Shown one piece after another: positions 60,739-64,000 of a DNA stretch of 64,000 nucleotides. This DNA comes from Zootoca vivipara (lineage: Eukaryota): assembly GCF_963506605.1 (NCBI RefSeq), contig NC_083279.1:88164001-88228000 (forward strand), read 5' to 3'. Numbering within the stretch: the first letter of the stretch is position 1; each line of letters starts with the position of its first letter. Both the position numbers and the translations under genes were made by a program. The notes under the pieces are model-generated. The model worked only from the letters and a program-made list of their open reading frames with translations, was not told the origin of the DNA and made no database searches.

Positions 60739-61769
60739 AACGAGATATCTTGAGAGACAAAATGCCACTTTAATATGCATATTAATACAAATATATTTTA
60801 GAATCTTAAAAATTGTTTTCTTCAATCATGAGGACTAGAAACCGCTGGGGTTTGGTTTTGTCTTGCTGTTTCAAACCAAGGCTAGGCACACCTTGGGGCC
60901 TTTGACTACTGTGTTCAACCAGATGAGGCTGGCATTTCCCTTCCGCTGGGAGGACCATTTGAGTTGTAACAGCTCAGCTGCCTGGACTGAGTGGCCATTG
61001 GATTGTTTTGTGTGTTTGTTTTCTTAAGAGAGGAAGGTCCAGGGGATGCTAAACAGCCCTTAGCCGTGCTGGCAGAGGAAAAGGAGCAGCTGCGCTCTTG
61101 CAGCTGGTGGCATGTCAGCCAATCTGTCACACTGGCAGGATAATAGAGAGTGCAGGAGCTTTGCTCCATGAGCACATGACAATAGTTCGTCACCCCCAAA
61201 GTTGAACTACAAGGGCAGGCAGCGAACAGTATATGACAAAGGCTAGAGAGCAAGAGAATGTGGCATCTAGTGTTACATATAAAAACTCAGATATGCTTTT
61301 AACGTTCAGCCCATTACCGGTACATTGTTTGCATTGAACTTTGGATCCTACCCTTTGCACACAAAAAAGTGGTTTTTCCTCCCTTTTCAAAAATAGCTCT
61401 TAAATGGTATTCTGTCCCACAATAACTTGATCATCACTCACACAGTTCATCCAAGCCTATTAAAAATGTATACATACCTTCTCCATTTGGAGGGTAGAGA
61501 CGCTTTCATTTGTCTTACAATGAAAGAATCTTTGATTTGAAGTTCTCCAAGGTTATGGTTTTGGATCTGCGGGTTTGTTTGTTTTAATGCACTGGTTGTC
61601 TCTCATTAAAATTAAAATGCTTCCAGCCTCCCAATATAGGAAGTTCTGCAGAGTTTATAAAATACCCAGTAGAACTTGGTGTAGAGGCAAGAATGCCCTT
61701 CCTGCAAATCGGCTATCTAATAAACAGCCAACATTTGGAATACACGTTTGCTCGCCTTTTTTATGATTT

Positions 61770-62145
61770 TAGTTATTTATTACATTTATACGCCACCTTG
61801 ATCTTCCAGGCATCTTAAGGTAGGGTACATGGTTCTCCTCCTCCCCATTTCATCATCACAACAACCCTGCGAAGCAGGTTAGGCTCAGAGAAGGTGACTG
61901 GCCTGAGGTCACCCAGGGAGTTTGATGCCCGAGTGGGGACTCAAACCCTGCTGTCCCAGGTCCTAATCCAGGCATCCCCAAACTGCAGCCCTCCAGATGT
62001 TTTGGCCTACAACTCCCATGATCCCTAGCTAACAGGACCAGTGGTCGGGGAAGATGGGAATTGTAGTCCAAAACATCTGGAGGGCCGAAGTTTGGGGGTG
62101 CCTGTCCTAATCCAACACTCTAACCATTATGCCACAATGGCATCT
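61770..62145 (-). mobile_element. MIR/CORE-SINE interrupted by a hAT MITE
   Basis: TCACAACAACCCTGCGAAG..GGTCACCCAG..GACTCAAACCC..ACTCTAACCATTATGCCACA. Confidence 0.7.
61969..62104. mobile_element. Young 136-bp hAT MITE
   Basis: Same TIRs as 21477 and 46524, 8-bp TSD TCCTAATC. Confidence 0.92.
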
Positions 62146-62769
62146 ACGGACCATATTGGCTCTCCCTTCTATGGATCTAGCTTCCCCTGCAGCACAATCT
62201 CAGGCATGCCCACTGAGAAGCAAGCCCGCATCATGTACGTATAATGGAGCTTATTCCCAGAGCAGTACATGTGCATGATTTCTGCCTTCACAGTGCTTCT
62301 GCATCACACAGCGAATGGTCCCCACCATTTGCTCCTAAACCAGGGTTTGCAACCAGGCTTACAAACCATGGTAACCATGGAACCCTGATAGCATCGCCAT
62401 TAGAACTGGTGCACGTGATGTAAACAACATCAGCAGCATCACACAGAGCTAGTGTGGTGTGGGGATGAGAAAGGTTGACTCAAGTGCTTAAAGCAGGGTA
62501 AGGAAATATGGGGCCATCGAAACATTGCTTGACTTCATCTCCCATCAGCCCTAGCTACTACGGTCAAAGGTCAGGGGTGAAGGGAGGTGCAGTTCGGCAA
62601 CAGCTGCAGAGCCTCATCTCTATCCCATCTCCCACCCTGAAGCTTAGATATCTTAGGCACTCTTGGGAGCAGAGGGAAAATGTGATTAATAAGTTCTTTC
62701 ATCACTGGAACAGACACAATCAATTCAGAGCAAACAGCTGGAATGATATATTTAGCAGATCAATGTTAA

Positions 62770-64000
62770 CTGTCAATGACAAGGAAAATCAAAAAAGTTA
62801 AAAAATTATTAGAGGAATTTTACAAAGTTAATGTGTCAGAGGAGGTGGAGCTAGCGACAACATGGGACGCAGGTAAGGCCTTCGTGAGGGGATTATATAT
62901 TCAGCAAAAAAGCAAAGTGAAAAGAGAAAGGGAAAAAAATATGGGGAAAATTAAAGAGGAAATTAAAGAAATGGAAAAAGAATTGGTAAAAGATCCAAGG
63001 GATGAAAAAAAGTTGATGAGATTAAAGGTGTTGCAAAAGGAACTCTCTATATTGGTAAGTCAAGAAATTGAAAACAAAATAAGGTGGTCTAAACAAAGAA
63101 ATTTTGAATGGGGAGATAAGGTAGGGAAATTATTAGCATGGAAATTAAGGAAAAACCAAAAAGAAAGATTAATTACAGAGATAATGTATAAAGGAGGGAA
63201 GTTGAGGAAGCTTGAGGAAATACAAAAATGTTTTAATTCTTATTATAGGAAATTATATGAGGAAAAGAAAATAGGGGGGGAAATTTGGACAACTATTTTG
63301 CGAAGAGGAAGGAATTTCAGATTATAGAAAAGGAAGAAGAATTGCTTAATAAACCGGTAACAAAACAAGAGATATATGAAGCAATAAAAAAATTGAAACT
63401 AGGAAAATCACCGGGGACGGATGGCTTATCAAGTAGACATTACAAAATATTTAAGGAAGAATTAGGCGAAACCCTCCAAAAGGTAATAAATGATATTATG
63501 GATAAAGGATCTATACCTAAATCGTGGCAAGAGGCGTATGTGATATTAATTCCTAAAGGCGAAGATGAAGGCAGACAGGTAGGGGATTTTAGACCGATTT
63601 CATTACTCAATGTAGATTATAAAATTTTTACAGATATATTGGCAAATAGATTAAAGAAAATATTGAATAGGATCATTGGGCAAGATCAACAAGGGTTCCT
63701 CCCGGGGAGAAAAATGTCAAAGAATGTCAGGATTTTAATTGATTTATTGGAATATCTAGATTGGTCACCAGGGAAGAAAGCAGCCCTGGTTTTCTTGGAT
63801 ATAGAGAAAGCATTCGATTCTCTATCATGGGATTTTATGAAAAGGTCATTGAAAGAAATTGGACTTGGAGGAAGATTTATGAGAGGAATTAATTCAATTT
63901 ATAATAAACAATCAGCTAAATTAATCCTAAATGGGGAGGTGTTAGAGGAATTTAAGATAGAGAAAGGAACGCGACAGGGCTGCCCCTTATCACCATTATT
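62770..64000 (+). mobile_element. 5'-truncated L1-clade LINE ORF2 (linker and reverse transcriptase N-terminal domains), runs off the window
   Basis: WDAGKAFVRG, GDKVGKLLAW; after a frameshift near 63280: KSPGTDG, FRPISLLNVDYKI, DQQGFLPGR, LDIEKAFDS, GTRQGCPLSPL, open to base 64000. Confidence 0.93.

Noticed and set aside
63274-63285. Programmed -1 frameshift at GGGAAAT in the L1 ORF
   Set aside because: The heptamer is not in the required phase of the upstream frame, and L1 ORF2 is a single frame; a simple homopolymer indel.

Overview
Vertebrate genomic DNA, almost certainly a squamate and probably a lacertid-type lizard (Sauria SINEs, BovB, CR1, L2, RTE, Penelope-like and hAT/Tigger MITEs). 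The only host coding sequence is the giant first coding exon of the atypical cadherin FAT3 on the minus strand: exon 25419..22111 (3309 nt), CDS 25402..22111, signal peptide plus about 10 cadherin repeats, phase-1 GT donor. Bases 1-22110 are the downstream intron. Bases 25420-64000 are upstream intron or 5' region and contain a candidate 5'-UTR exon/promoter at about 38.4-39.3 kb. The rest is a transposon mosaic with two assembly gaps. Most interesting observations: (1) back-splicing of the giant exon would close its ORF with a stop directly after the junction, giving a clean 1098-aa secreted ectodomain on a 3n-length circle; (2) a candidate spliced 49-codon uORF whose stop overlaps the FAT3 start (TGATG), plus three uATGs in 17 nt; (3) two Penelope-type fragments with minimal hammerhead ribozyme motifs, one core-intact and sense to FAT3; (4) a non-autonomous Helitron; (5) two BovB copies with an identical 158-bp internal deletion; (6) 49- and 56-bp target duplications and a fold-back hairpin. 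No prokaryotic-type system is present. Repeat family names come from recalled consensus motifs, not a database search.
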